Of a DNA stretch of 64,000 bases, positions 1-13,780 are shown piece after piece. Position numbers and translations under genes: made by a program. Origin of the DNA: Eledone cirrhosa (Eukaryota). The stretch spans positions 201,624,001-201,688,000 of the forward strand of contig OZ024743.1 in NCBI GenBank assembly GCA_964016885.1, in the 5' to 3' direction. The notes under the pieces were generated by a model. That model saw only the letters and a program-made list of their open reading frames with translations, had not been told where the DNA came from and made no database searches. The stretch's first letter is position 1. The number at the start of each line of letters is the position of its first letter.

Positions 1-1
1 A

Positions 2-300
2 TATCTGGAGATCTCTCTGCACTTGTCGTCACATGGTACCATGGGCCCAGCACTATGTGTCAGTAATTGTCACAAGTGTAGTGTTTGTACCAGAGTTTTC
101 AAGTCGCTGGCTGGACTAAAAAGTCACACTTGTTCAGTGCATCGGTAGGGGTTCTCCTACATGGATATAAAGTAGTGGTCATACTCGAAAATGAGTTGGC
201 AGCCACCATGTATCTATGTATGTATGTATGTATGTATGTATGTATGTATGTGTGTATGTATCTATGTGTGTATGTATGTATGTATGTATGTATCTATGTA
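2..300 (+). mobile_element. 3' end of an RTE/BovB-like LINE with a C-terminal C2H2 finger and (ATGT)n tail
   Basis: Frame 2-148 reads HKCSVCTRVFKSLAGLKSHTCSVHR*. A short 3'UTR (gtcatactcg..atgag..gcagccacc) runs into (TATG)n, and the same tail recurs at 728-787. Confidence 0.6.
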
Positions 301-415
301 TATGGCGGAAGAACTCATAAGGGGCAATGGCCATCCAAAAGTGTGTAAATATGTATATGCACATGTACATGTATGTGTATATGTGTATGTACATGGGAGC
401 ATGTGTATGTATATG

Positions 416-720
416 TGCGGGGACATAGAAATAGTCGGGCTGGACACCCGATTGCGCGGTTAAACCACTGGGAGTGAAGGACCCCTAGCCTTTGTCAGGG
501 CATTCTTCTAGGAGAAGACAACTCAGGAAACTGGGATAACTCCGATATAAAACCTGCGGCTCAGTAGTTACCGATAATGTTGATCTTTTCTTCTTTTCGG
601 GTTATAGCTACTGTCGCTCAGAGAGTGGGATTGGCTCAGTGCACAGTCTTTCCACACTTTAAAAAATATCTTCACGCACAGGCATTGCTCGATAGAATTA
701 ATTAATTATTAATAATAATG
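416..720 (+). mobile_element. Unclassified interspersed repeat (SINE- or LINE-UTR-like)
   Basis: GC-richer, CpG-containing 300-bp block between microsatellites, ending in (AAT)n. Family not assigned. Confidence 0.3.
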
Positions 721-872
721 GTATATCGTGCAATGGCCATACTCGATAATGAGGGGGCAGCCATCATGTATGTATGTATGTATGTATCGATCCTTGCATA
801 CAGGGAAAGCACATAAATTATATATATATATAGTGTATGTGTGTGTGTGTGTCTTTTATATAATTATGAATT

Positions 873-907
<35 letters not shown>

Positions 908-910
908 ATG

Positions 911-1300
911 TCATCCTCATCATCATCATCTTCGTTTAACGTCCATTTTCCACGCTAGCATGGGTTAGACGGGAGTTTTCCCACTTGGGGCAAGGTTGGT
1001 CGGGTGACCGTGTCTCGCTCATATAGGACTATCTGGCAGGTTTTCTATGGCCGGATGCCCTCCCTAACACCAACCACATTTACAGTGTGGAACTGGGAAC
1101 TTTTTACCGTGTTACCTACATGGCCACATTACAGCATGGACTGTGTGTTTTTTTTGTTTGATGTGACAGCTACACGATCTCGATCTCAATCTCATTATCT
1201 CATTTATTTGGACTGGATCTTGTGGTACCAACTTTACAGAGAGAGGGTGGTGTTAGTCGGAGTTGGTGGATAGGGTAGCAGTAGTGGATTTGGGTGTAGT
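911..1300 (-). mobile_element. RTE LINE 3'UTR fragment
   Basis: Reverse complement closely matches 22620-22960 and ends in ggacgttaaacga(tga)n. Confidence 0.85.
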
Positions 1301-1303
1301 GGA

Positions 1304-1465
1304 TTTAGCATTTACATTACTCTATATATACTATTATATTTTCATGGTAAAAGCTTTACCTTACATACTTATATCTCACAATATCGAATCTACAAGATGT
1401 TGATGTTATTTATTTTGAGTTCATTAGTATGAGCAGCCAGGTACAGCCAGTTTGAACAGAACAAA
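1304..1465. mobile_element. Truncated copy of the TTAA (piggyBac-type) MITE
   Basis: Aligns with 3040-3257 and with the reverse complement of 20021-20328. Confidence 0.7.
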
Positions 1466-3039
1466 ATTATATATATATGAATATGTATATATAAATATAT
1501 AAATGTATCTCTCTCTCTATATATATCTCTATCTATCTATCTATATATCTATCTATATCTATATCTATATATATATATATACATTCAGTAGCAGCACAGG
1601 GAATTCCACTTAATTAAACATTTATTGTGCACCCTATTCAGTGCAACCCCTTTGGCATAGTTGTTTGCAGTTTTTTACATTTTAATTATGGAAATTACTC
1701 TTGGTCAAATATATTGTCAACACTTTATATATATGTTATTCTTTATATCTGTTGGTGAACAAACGTTGATAAAATATTGGTTCAAATCTTCTTGAAGATG
1801 CTGTGGTGGGCTGTTTCAATTAACTACATCTCTGCTTAATACTGTTACATGTCCTCTCTTTGCTTAATTAAATTGGGGGTGGGGGTCACTATTTTAGAGA
1901 TAATAATGGTCAGATTAAATTAAATTAAACCACTAGAAATAATGCGTTGGTGCTAAGTCGTATAATTTATATAAAAAAAATGTAATTATTTCTAGCCATC
2001 TGATTTGTACATGAAAGAAATGATTAAGATAAAACTTTCTCCTTCTTTAATTCTTTTGCTCATTATGGACATTGCGCAATGAGGAATCTCTATGCCACAT
2101 GACAGCAAGTCCTGCCATCTGCTTGCTCCCAAGCCAGAAATATGTCTACCAGGGTTTCCTTCACAAACTGCAACCAGGTCTGCCATAATCCTACACCCAC
2201 CCAGGTTTCTACTTGAATGAGTCGTTGATTGATCTCTTTGTGCACATGCATAGCACATGGCAAAGTATCCTCTGCTGTGTTATGGTACTGGTATTCCATA
2301 GATTAAGATTACTCAGTCTGACAATTTGTATCAGATGGAAATATGTTGATATGTTCAGCTAAACACTTGAATGCTTTACAACAGTTATATGTCTCACCAG
2401 GAGTATTTTTTAGCCCTGTCAACTACATAATCCCCAACGAATCTTCCACAGCCCAGTTGATCACAACTCTTCGTAAATGTGGAAATTAAGAATTGAATTT
2501 TAACCTTTTTGAAACCAACTTTGCCACCAATTTAAAAAGTTTTTTTTTAATCAAAATCTTCCAACATAATTTTTTATAAGAACTATTTATAACAAATATT
2601 ATCTTAACATCAAATACCACATGAAAAGAAGTTAGCAAACCATCCTTCAAAAGTAGAAAATAGCCCTATGAATGCATCATATTAAAAATTTAAGTTGGTA
2701 ATTTAGTTAACTATAAATTTTCACCAACGATATACCCAGTAGTATAGAAATTACAATCGTTTAATTAACAACATCCATTTTAGATATGTTCAGCCTAATC
2801 ATTACAGGATATTTAGAGTTTATAATGAAATAATCAATAATTTTAATAAATCCATAAAACTCCTTCATTACCCTCTTTTGATGCCGAAGTATCTGAAACC
2901 TGTCCAGAATCTGTGTTACAAATGTTTATCTTCAAGTATTTGTAATTATCTGAAAACTTCCAATTATAATTCTATGTAAAAACCTTTGTTAAATTATGTT
3001 CCAAATATCAGTTTATTATTGAGAAAGTTATATTATTAA

Positions 3040-3257
3040 CCCTTTAGTATTTACATTACTCTATTTATACTATTATATTTTCATGGTAAAGGCTTTTCTC
3101 ACATAATTATCTCACATAATATTGAATCTATGAGATTTTGATATTATTTATTTTGTGAACAATAACATCATGAGTATGAGTGGCTAGTTATGGCCAGTTT
3201 GAATAGAACTAGGTTAGAGAATTCTAGCTAGATATGGCCAGTTTAAATGCTAAAGGA
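3040..3257. mobile_element. piggyBac-type MITE
   Basis: TTAA on both flanks; TIRs ccctttagtattta / taaatgctaaagga. Confidence 0.8.
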
Positions 3258-3296
3258 TTAAATCACGCCAAATTCTTCATTATTTTAAAAATTACT

Positions 3297-3481
3297 GGGT
3301 GGTGGATTGGCAGTATCGGTAGAGGGTCGGACGCCATGCTTTCCAGCATAGTTACGTCCCTTTACGATCTGAGTTCAAATCCCGCCGAGGTTGACTTTGC
3401 CTTTCATCCTTACGGGGTCGATAAAATAAAGTACCAGTAATGCACTGGGTAATTGCTGGCCTTGTGCCTAAAGTAGAAACA
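3297..3481 (+). mobile_element. tRNA-derived SINE family 1, young short-tail copy
   Basis: A box tggcagtatcgg, B box gagttcaaatcc, core ctttcatccttacggggtcgataaaataaagtacca (Meta-domain-like, from memory). 18-bp TSD attattttaaaaattact at 3279-3296 and 3482-3499. Confidence 0.9.
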
Positions 3482-3892
3482 ATTATTTTAAAAATTACTT
3501 ATTTCATAGTAAGTATGTTCCTCCAGAAATATAGTAAAAAAGTATTAACTAATTGAAATACAGTGTCATTAAAAATATGGCAATGGAAGTGTTAGACAAA
3601 AAATATATCAATAAAAACAAAATACTCTAATAAATGTAAAGATTTGAACCAGTCTTCATGCAGTCACTTCTACTTAGAAATCACGTCACTATCATATTTG
3701 CCAGTTTGTTTAAATCCTACTAGATAATGTTATAAGTTTGATGATACTTTAATAGTATATTATGCAGGTTCTTACATGTCTGACATTCTTTACTTTTTCT
3801 TTTTTCTTTATATTTTTTCTCTCTCCACTTTTAAGATGTTTACATAATTAAGTTAGCATATTGTCAGTTAAAGATTCCAGTTGGCTGCTGTA

Positions 3893-3980
<88 letters not shown>

Positions 3981-4567
3981 GTTATTATTATCATTATTAT
4001 TATATCCATTTTGTGATGTGTTTAATATTTAATTCTTAAATTACATTTCAGTATTTCTACCTCCATCATCATCACCTCTGCTAACAGCAACACCATCACC
4101 GCCACCATCACCGCCACCATCACCACAACCACCAACAACAACAACAGCAACAACCACTTCACCACTACTTCAATTTTTATAATTTAACTTTTGTTTTTTT
4201 TTGTTTTTTTTTGTAAATATTTTTTATCATTATTATTTTCTTTTATTTAAACTATTTTCTTTAAATTCCCTTGAATGAGTGAAATTACATAAGAACACTT
4301 TTGCCATTTGTTAATTCTACTTCTCTCTGAAAAACCTTGGTGCCATGTATTGTAATTAAATATGTCATCACATAAACTTAAGACTTCTCTTTGACATCTG
4401 CCACTGTAATTTCAATGTAGCTTCCCACAACATTGCCATTTTCCTCGGATAATTATGCTGTAATTCACTTTTCCAAGTGATTTGATTAATCTTTTGAACT
4501 GAGTTGGATGTAACCATGTGTAAACAGAGGAAGAACAGAAATAACAGCAATAACAATAAAAATAACA

Positions 4568-4622
<55 letters not shown>

Positions 4623-4752
4623 TAATAATAATAATAATAAATGATGATTACTTAACAATAAATATAAAAATGATAATACACATAATAAATATAACCACCA
4701 CCACCACCACCACCACCACCACAACAACAACAACAACAAAAACAACAACAAC

Positions 4753-4804
<52 letters not shown>

Positions 4805-4914
4805 CTGATGATCATGATCATGATATTTATTATTCTTTAAACAGCAAAAATAATAATAGTGAAATATTATTTAATTCATATTTAATATTTATTTGTTTCA
4901 GCAGTTTTCTGTTA

Positions 4915-5385
4915 TTGCTATGATGGCTCTTCACATTTTGCGTTCAAATCCCACCAAGGTTAGTTTTCCCTTTGATCCTTATGGGGTCGATAAAATAAAG
5001 TGCTAGTGAGGTACTGGAGTTGATTTAATCAACTTTGTTCATCCTTTCAAAATACCAGCCTTGTGCCAAAATTGGAAACAGTTAGTATTATCGTTTTTGT
5101 AATTTATTTTCGTGATATCACCATCATACATTGCACTTGTGGCAAACATTTTTTTTTATTATCATTATGTGGATAGGCAGAATTGGTAGAGCATCGGACA
5201 CCATGCTTAATAGGATAGAGTTACGGCCCTTTAAGTTCTAAGTTCAAATTCTGCCATGGTTAGCATTACCTTTCATCCTTTTGGAGTCGATAAAATATAG
5301 CACCAGTAATGCACTGGGGTCAATAAAATAAACTTTCCCCCTCCCCTCAAATTGCTGACTTTGTGCCTAAAGTAGAAATCATTGT
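4915..5385 (+). mobile_element. Two diverged SINE family 1 copies
   Basis: B box and core motifs at ~4940-5090 and ~5168-5385. Confidence 0.75.
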
Positions 5386-5950
5386 TATTGTTAATTAATA
5401 GGATTATTTTTGTCTGTATCTTAATCATGGCGAGGAAAGAAGCCAATTCGAAAATTGGTCTAAAGAAACTATACTTCCATTGGTCTTTCTACAACTGATA
5501 CTACTTATCAGCTTGTCACAACTCATGACAGAAAGATTGCTGATTTTCTTGTCACCATAAATCACTCACCTCACTAAGCAGGCTTAGTATGGTTGTTAAA
5601 TATACAACAGTTTGTACTAAATAAGATGTTATAATAGCACTCACACTGTGTTGGTAAGATGAACATGAAACACTATCATAAGGCTGGATACCAAATATTC
5701 TTTTAATGTTACAAAATCAGAATATGTATGATAAGTCTTATGTCATGATCTGATGATGTAATAAGGCCATTTGAAATCATGTTGTTGTATGTTGTCTTTT
5801 AAATATCTAACTCTCTTTCTGCACCAACCACGAAATACCACATCTACGATGGATAATTTGCATAATGCTGAGTGCTTTAGCATATTACATCGTGATTTGC
5901 TAATCGGTATAACCAGATTTAGGCATTATTTAAGCCATCCAACATATTTG

Positions 5951-6015
<65 letters not shown>

Positions 6016-6058
6016 TACGAGCTGAGGATATGCTAAGGTGAATCAATTGTTCTCGGTA
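6016..6058 (+). ncRNA. Minimal type I hammerhead ribozyme motif (one core substitution)
   Basis: cgag-CTGAGGA-tatgctaaggt-GAAT-caattg-TT-ctcg. Stem I cgag/ctcg and palindromic stem III, in a 78-bp island between (TA)n runs. Confidence 0.55.
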
Positions 6059-6585
6059 TGGTGAACTAACTGTTGTGTAACCACTTCTATATATATATAT
6101 ATATATATATATGCAGAGTTTATATTTAATTTGTTGGGATTCAACAAGCTTAAAAAATGTTATAACTGATATAAAGCACTCAACAGTTTAGTGGAGTAAA
6201 TATACAATATATTAATAAATGGAAACTATATTTATAAAACCATAATTATTTTATTATATATATTTCAAGGGCGATCAAGGTAAATTATAAATTACAGATT
6301 TGTTTTATAAATAAATATTGACATACCCGGAAAAAAAAGATAACCTCAACGGTTGAAATTCGGTGGATAGATATATATATATATGTATATATAGATATAT
6401 ATATATATGTATATATACAAAGGAAGATAGAGAGTTATGCTTATGCATGATACACATAATTGATGCCAATATGAATACATATATTTAATACTCATTGAGG
6501 GGTTAGAAATATTACTTTATATGAATTTATTATTTATACATAATTCAAATATATATATATATGTGTACATATATATAAATATATA

Positions 6586-6935
6586 TCATCATCATCATCA
6601 TCATCATTTCATTTTACGTCCACTTTTCCCTGCTTGCAAGGGTGGGACGGGAACTGATTCTGGCTTGATTTCTACAGTTGGATGCCCTTCCTAACACCAA
6701 CCTCATTTACAGTGAGTGCTGGGTGCTTTTTTGCCATGGCACCTCCATGACCACTTTGCAGTGGAATGATATGGACCCCAGTCCCTATCATCTCATTTCT
6801 ACAGCTGAGTAAACTGGAGCAATGTGAAATAAAGTGTCTTGCTCAAGGAAACAACACATCACCCGGTCTGAGAACTGAACTCACAACCTTTCGATTGCAA
6901 GTCCAATGCTCTAACCACTAAGCGATGTGCCTCCA
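6586..6935 (-). mobile_element. tRNA-derived SINE family 2 with RTE-derived 3' tail
   Basis: Minus-strand head gcttagtggttagagc..gagttcag and body ccttgagcaagacacttt. Tail cccacccttgcaagcagggaaaagtggacgtaaaa(tga)n is shared with RTE fragments. Confidence 0.8.
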
Positions 6936-7049
6936 TTATATATATATATATATTTTTTAGATCGATCGACTATCGTCAAATCGGACCTAGGAAACAATGT
7001 TTCCGTTGGTCATTCCAATTGCTATTACTATCTATCGGTCGCAACTCCA

Positions 7050-7294
<245 letters not shown>

Positions 7295-7305
7295 ACTATC
7301 TATCT

Positions 7306-7480
7306 AAGGCGGGTAAAATTCACGAGATCCATGGACGAGTTCTCTCCAGCGGTCTCTGTCCCTTATTATCGCTGCCATATCCTGCATCTCCAACAGACCA
7401 GTGTCTGTCCTTAGGGCATCAACATATGTTAACCTTGGTCTTCCTCTTCTAGTGTGTCCATGTAGGGGCTCCCAAAGGAA
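7306..7480 (-). mobile_element. RTE-type LINE C-terminal fragment
   Basis: Minus frame reads LWEPLHGHTRRGRPRLTYVDALRTDTGL..RDRDRWRELV; tail (GATA)n. Confidence 0.65.
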
Positions 7481-7707
7481 TATGAATACACATATTTAAG
7501 CATATATATGTGTGTGGGTTGCTGTGCATTTATACGTATACCTGTATGTGAATACCAATTTATATATATATATGTATATATATATTTGCACAAACATTAA
7601 TTTTATTCCCAAACATGCATGTATATAAATGTATTGTGCATCTGCATTAAATATATTCTCATGCACTGTCATATATATATATATTTGCATATATACATAC
7701 CCATACA

Positions 7708-7801
<94 letters not shown>

Positions 7802-7956
7802 GTATATGAACATTTTGTAAATGAGAAAGGAAATCGGAATACTTAAAGCAGCATCAATTAGTTTTTATGTTTCTTTTTTTTATTTACATTACTGTGACTA
7901 TTAAGGCTATTATAGTCATGAATAATATAGAATCTAATATCTATCTATCTATCTAT

Positions 7957-8003
<47 letters not shown>

Positions 8004-8031
8004 TATATAGATAGATATATATGTATATATG

Positions 8032-8082
<51 letters not shown>

Positions 8083-8083
8083 G

Positions 8084-8158
<75 letters not shown>

Positions 8159-8183
8159 ATATATAAATATATATGTATATATG

Positions 8184-8273
<90 letters not shown>

Positions 8274-8291
8274 AATATATATGTATATATG

Positions 8292-8344
<53 letters not shown>

Positions 8345-8631
8345 GATGTTGAAGACATAATACAAAAAAATCATTTAAAATCTAATGGTGTTTGTTACTG
8401 AATATGTAATACTTTTCTTTCATATCCTGGATACCTTCACCTTACTATATTACCATTTTCCTGGTTGCTAATAATTAATATTGAGGAAGAAAAAAATGAG
8501 TTACTACACCAGACAACCCCCTTCTTTCAGGAACATTGTAATGATATTTACTTTTGAGCTGATATATTTATATCTATATATCTATTTAAATCTATATCTA
8601 TCTATATCTATCTTTATATATATATATATAT

Positions 8632-8671
<40 letters not shown>

Positions 8672-8728
8672 ATACATTAAGAATATATATTCATAATATA
8701 TATATATACATACATGCATTTATCTTAA

Positions 8729-8759
<31 letters not shown>

Positions 8760-9810
8760 ATAGAGCATGTAAAAAGAAATTAAAGAGAGATAATACTTTT
8801 TGGAGCAGTTGGGGGAATTGTCTTCGGACAATTATGTTCAGTTCTCTACTCTGTTAGACTTCCACTTTTCTTGTTCGATTCTATTGAATAGTCAGTCTAT
8901 ATATACACGAAGCCCTGTAATTATTCTAATGATTAAATAAGCTATTCCACAACACAGAGATTGTGAGAGCATATTCAGCTGTATGATTTGGTAGAAATAT
9001 ATGCAGTGGAACCAATACAAAGCATCTCTTAACTTTCTTGAAAGAAACAGTTTGAATCTATTCAATGTAAATATGGAGACCATTTTCGGCCAGCAATAAG
9101 CATTGTTCTAGCCATGGAGCAATATAGAAATGTCTGGATTTGGCAAGGAAATTAAGTGCTAATATGCCGAAAACATTTTCTTCTTTTATTCTGACTAAAT
9201 CGAGAATTAGAGAAAGTTCTAAATAAATACAAAACAAATCAATACAAAACAAAACAAAAAAACAAAAAACAAATTGTAATTCTACCACCAAAAAGGATTG
9301 AATAATCTCCCTTACCTATAAAAATATAACAAAAAAAATCAAAATCTGACAAGCTATTATTTATCTTAGTGGTAGAATTAGACAGAGGTCAAAGAGGTTT
9401 TTTTTACAGACATTTAGATTTTTTTTATTCCATATTCCTCTTCTTCTATCCCCCTCCACCCTTACACACCTTACATTCCAGTTCCAACTGGTTTCTTTTT
9501 ATCATCCATCATCCTATCATTTTAACAGTCAAATATTTTTTCTATTATAATTATTATTATCATTATATTTTTGTTGTTGTCTAGCAGGAGGGAGAGGGGG
9601 GGATGTTGCAAGAGAGTGTCTGTCTGTCTGTCTAGTGCAGTTGGAATGTGATAGGAGTAGGGGGAAGTAGTTACCATTTTCTTTTATTCTCTGTAAAATA
9701 GAGAATATAAGAGAAATGTTCAGGAACCATTTAGTGATTGGCATTGTATGATTAACTGAACACCTACCTATATACATATATATATATATATATGCATATA
9801 TATATATATA

Positions 9811-9881
<71 letters not shown>

Positions 9882-9991
9882 GGATATATATATATTCATA
9901 TATATATATTCATATATATATATGAATATATATACATATATATATATATATATGCATATATATATATATATGCATATATATATATATATGT

Positions 9992-10053
<62 letters not shown>

Positions 10054-10122
10054 GGATATATATATATGCATATATATATATAGGCATATATATATGAATA
10101 TATATATATGAATATATATATA

Positions 10123-10198
<76 letters not shown>

Positions 10199-11636
10199 TG
10201 TGTATATATATTTTTCTATTTTTTGTATGTCATTCAGTTATTTATTCCATCTCTTATTCAATTTGTTTTGGATTTCATATCTCTCCACCTTTGCCTGCAG
10301 TTTCTTCTCATTTTTATAATCATAATCCTCATTACATATCCCATATTAATTCTCCCCATCACTTTTTCTGGTTCTCCACCATCACCACCATCACTATTAC
10401 TAACACCACTACCATCACCACCATCACTACTACTACCATCACCACCATCTCTACCACTAACACCACTACCATAACTACTATCACCAGCTCCACTTCCACA
10501 AGGATCATCATGTTTATTGTCACTATATATTTTGGTGTAATTATATTTTTTTTACTTTATTTTGCCAGTTATCTTCTGAAGATACATTTAATTATTTCAT
10601 CAACTTATTTAACTACACATTAACTTTCTGTGGGCATCTCTTCAACTAACTGAAAGCTTCTAAGCATCGCTAGATTAATCATTAAGTAAAATAAGTATAA
10701 GAACGGAAGAAGGGCAACATTTTATCCAAATTAAATGTATTTGTCATTCCCAACCCACAATTTTTTATGGGGTTGAGAGTACTAATATCTTTAAGTGTTT
10801 AGGGTCTTACATCAGTAATTCTAAATTTCTGCACAATTACATTTTAAAGCATTGGGTCCTTTAATACTTAAAACAACTTTTTTTGTTATCTAACTGTAGG
10901 TTGTTTTTCAGTCTGCAAGGTTAGGGAAGACTAGTCTTCTTTGATATATAAAACAATTTTATGCTCTATTTCATAAAAAATGAAATATTTATGCAGGAAA
11001 ATGCTATCATCTAACAAAATATTTGTTTCAACATTTGTAGGTTTCAAATCAAAAGAATTTATTTGTGGCTGAAATGTTCATTTCAGATTGAGGGAACTAA
11101 TGAAAGAAAAATGAAAGCAGGAATGGAAGACAAGAATAAAAGAGTAAAGAATGAAAGAAAGAGAGACAGGAAAAAAGAAAGAAAAAAATTCAGTGCTAGT
11201 TCTGACTAATTGTTAAGAATCCTTCTTTATTTGATGGTAGAGTGTGGCTTGAGTGAGTTTGTTAATTCAAATGTTTATAAAATCTTCACTGGCAAACAGA
11301 TCTTTGTAAACATTTGCAGTAAAGTAAGACTTCAATTTTTAATATGGTGCAATCACAGGTCTGTTTTGTACTTCTCAGGTATGTCTTGCTAAGGTATGTT
11401 TCATATGGTATAGAAGCTGATTTAGAGCTAAACAAAAACAATAATACCAATGATTTTCTATGTTTTTCATAGCAAAAGCAAAAAATAAAAAAAGGTAACA
11501 CTCTACACTCTCCCCTGGTTGGCATATTTAAACTACTCCCATAGACAAGATAGCAAAAATATTTCTGTGAAGAAACGTCACTGATATCTAATGCATCAGC
11601 CAGCCAACATTATGTAAAACATGATATCCTCATTGC

Positions 11637-11967
11637 AATCATCATCATCATCATTTTACGTCCGCTTTTCCCGGCTTGCAAGGGTGGGATGGGAACTGAT
11701 TCTGGCTTGATTTCTACAGCTGAATGCCCTTCCTAACACCAATCTCATTTACAGTGAGTGCTGGGTGTTTTTTTTTCTGTGGCGCCTACACGTCCACTTT
11801 GCAGTGGAATATTAGGGACCCCAGTCCTATCATCTCATTTCTACAGCTGAGTAAACTGGAGCAATGTGAAATAAAGTGTCTTGCTCAAGGAAACAACACA
11901 TCACCCAGTCTGAGAATTGAACTCACAACCTTTCCATTACAAGGCTCTAACCACTAAGCCATGTGCC
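11637..11967 (-). mobile_element. SINE family 2 copy
   Basis: Close match to 6586-6935. Confidence 0.8.
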
Positions 11968-12354
11968 AAAAGCTAGAGTCTAATGAGAACAAGGGAGGTT
12001 TCAACAACAGCAGGCAAAACCAATAGAATTTGTCTGATGACCATGTAAATATACAGGAGAAACTCCAAAATAGCAAGCCACTAACTTGACCTTAATAAAA
12101 ATATTAATCTCTGCTCTTGTATTGAGTAATCATTTTTGCCACCCTGCAATATCAAACACAAACGCATATATGCATGTGTGAGTGGTGTGTGTGTGTCTGG
12201 GCGTGTGCATCATTGTCTTTTCTAAGCTGGCATGGGTTGTATCTGACTTTTTGAAGCAATGTTTTATGACTAGCTGTCCTTCCTGATACCAACCTTTTTA
12301 GTCATTATTCATGCAAGCAGGGATATGGTGTATCTATTCTAAAGCACACAGCCT

Positions 12355-12400
<46 letters not shown>

Positions 12401-12427
12401 AACACATGTGTGTATGTGTGTGTATAA

Positions 12428-12645
12428 ATAATGGTTTCTTATATAGGCACAAGACCAACAATTTTGGGGGAGGGGAAAGTCGATTAAATCGACCCCCAGT
12501 GTATTACTGGTACTTTATTTTATTGACCCCCATAATGATGAAAGGCAAAGTTAACCTCGGCAGGATTTGAACTCAAATCATAAAGGGCCGTAACTCTATG
12601 CCGTGAAGCATGTTGTCAGACGCTCTACCAACAATGCCAATCCAC
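12428..12645 (-). mobile_element. SINE family 1, long-tail copy
   Basis: Reverse complement of the A/B boxes, core and tail. Confidence 0.85.
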
Positions 12646-12689
12646 ACATTTCTGTTATGCAAAGGTCGAATTATTTTGATGAAATTAAA

Positions 12690-13780
12690 TGGAAAAGGAG
12701 TAAATGAGAAGAGTCGGAAGAGAAGAAAGAGGAAATAGAAAGAAATGTATAGAAATAAGTATTAAGTGTTTGGGGTGGGTGTATGATAAAGGGGAGTAAG
12801 TCTGAACAAAAGGGAGAGTAGAAAATATATAGATGAGAGAGAAGTAAGAAAAATAGTTAGAGAGGGTGAATAACACAGAAATAGATGAAGAGAGAGACCA
12901 GGCGAGTAAAAGGATAGGAGTGATATGGAGAGATATGAATGTTGAGAGAGAAAGAGAGCGAGAGAGAGGGAGATAGAGGGGGGGAGAGAGAAAGAGAGAG
13001 GGGGAGAGGGAGAGAGAGAAAGAAATGGTGACAGTGAGATTGAAAGGAAAAAGGGTAATACAAGATCATTAGAGAATTAGAGAGTAACATTAAGAGAGGA
13101 AGTGAGAGGAGTAGTGAGAGTTGTTTGAAAGAAACGTGTAGAGATATAAAGAAGGAAATTACAAGTATTAGGAGAGAGGGATGGAGAGAGTGTGATAGAG
13201 TGTGAAGGAAAGAGGGAGAGAGACCAAAAGGTGGTAGAAAAAGGGGGAGAAAGAGAGAGGGGAAGAAGGCGAGGGAAGAAGGAGAGGGGGAGAAGGAGAG
13301 GGGGAGAGGGAGCAAGAGAGTGTAGAAATAGGGAGAGAAAGAGAGAGGGGGAGAAGGACAGGGGGAGAAGGAGAGAGGGAGAAGGGGAGGGAGGAGAGAG
13401 AGATATAGAGCAAGAGGTGGTAGAAAGATGGGGAGAAAGAGAGCAGGGGAGAAGAAGAGAGGGAGACGGCGAGGAGGGGAGAGAGAGCAAGAGGGGGTAG
13501 AAAGAAGGGGAGAAAGAGAGAGGGGAAGAAGGAGAGAGGGAGAGAGAACAAGAGGGGGTAGAGAGATGGGGAGAAAGAGAGAGAGGGATAAGGAGAGAGG
13601 GAGGAGAGAGAGAAAGCATGAGGGGATAAAAAGAGGGGGAGAAAGAGAGCGAGGGAGGGAGAAAAAGCAAGTGAAGGAGAAGGAAGTTAAGAGATACATG
13701 ACAGTTAGAAAGGGAGCAATTAAGAATAAGAGAGAGATTGATAAAGGGCAAGAAAGTAGGGTGGATATGATTGGGGAGGG
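12690..13780. repeat. Polypurine (GA-rich) low-complexity tract with imperfect internal repeats
   Basis: About 1.1 kb of almost only G/A on the + strand; recurring agcaagaggg(g)tagaaaga.ggggagaaagagag. Confidence 0.9.

Noticed and set aside
1992-2480. Short minus-strand ORFs in complex sequence
   Set aside because: No recognisable domain or consistent splice sites; probably a decayed element.
3297-3390. tRNA genes at A/B-box matches
   Set aside because: Heads continue into the SINE core and tail, with TSDs.
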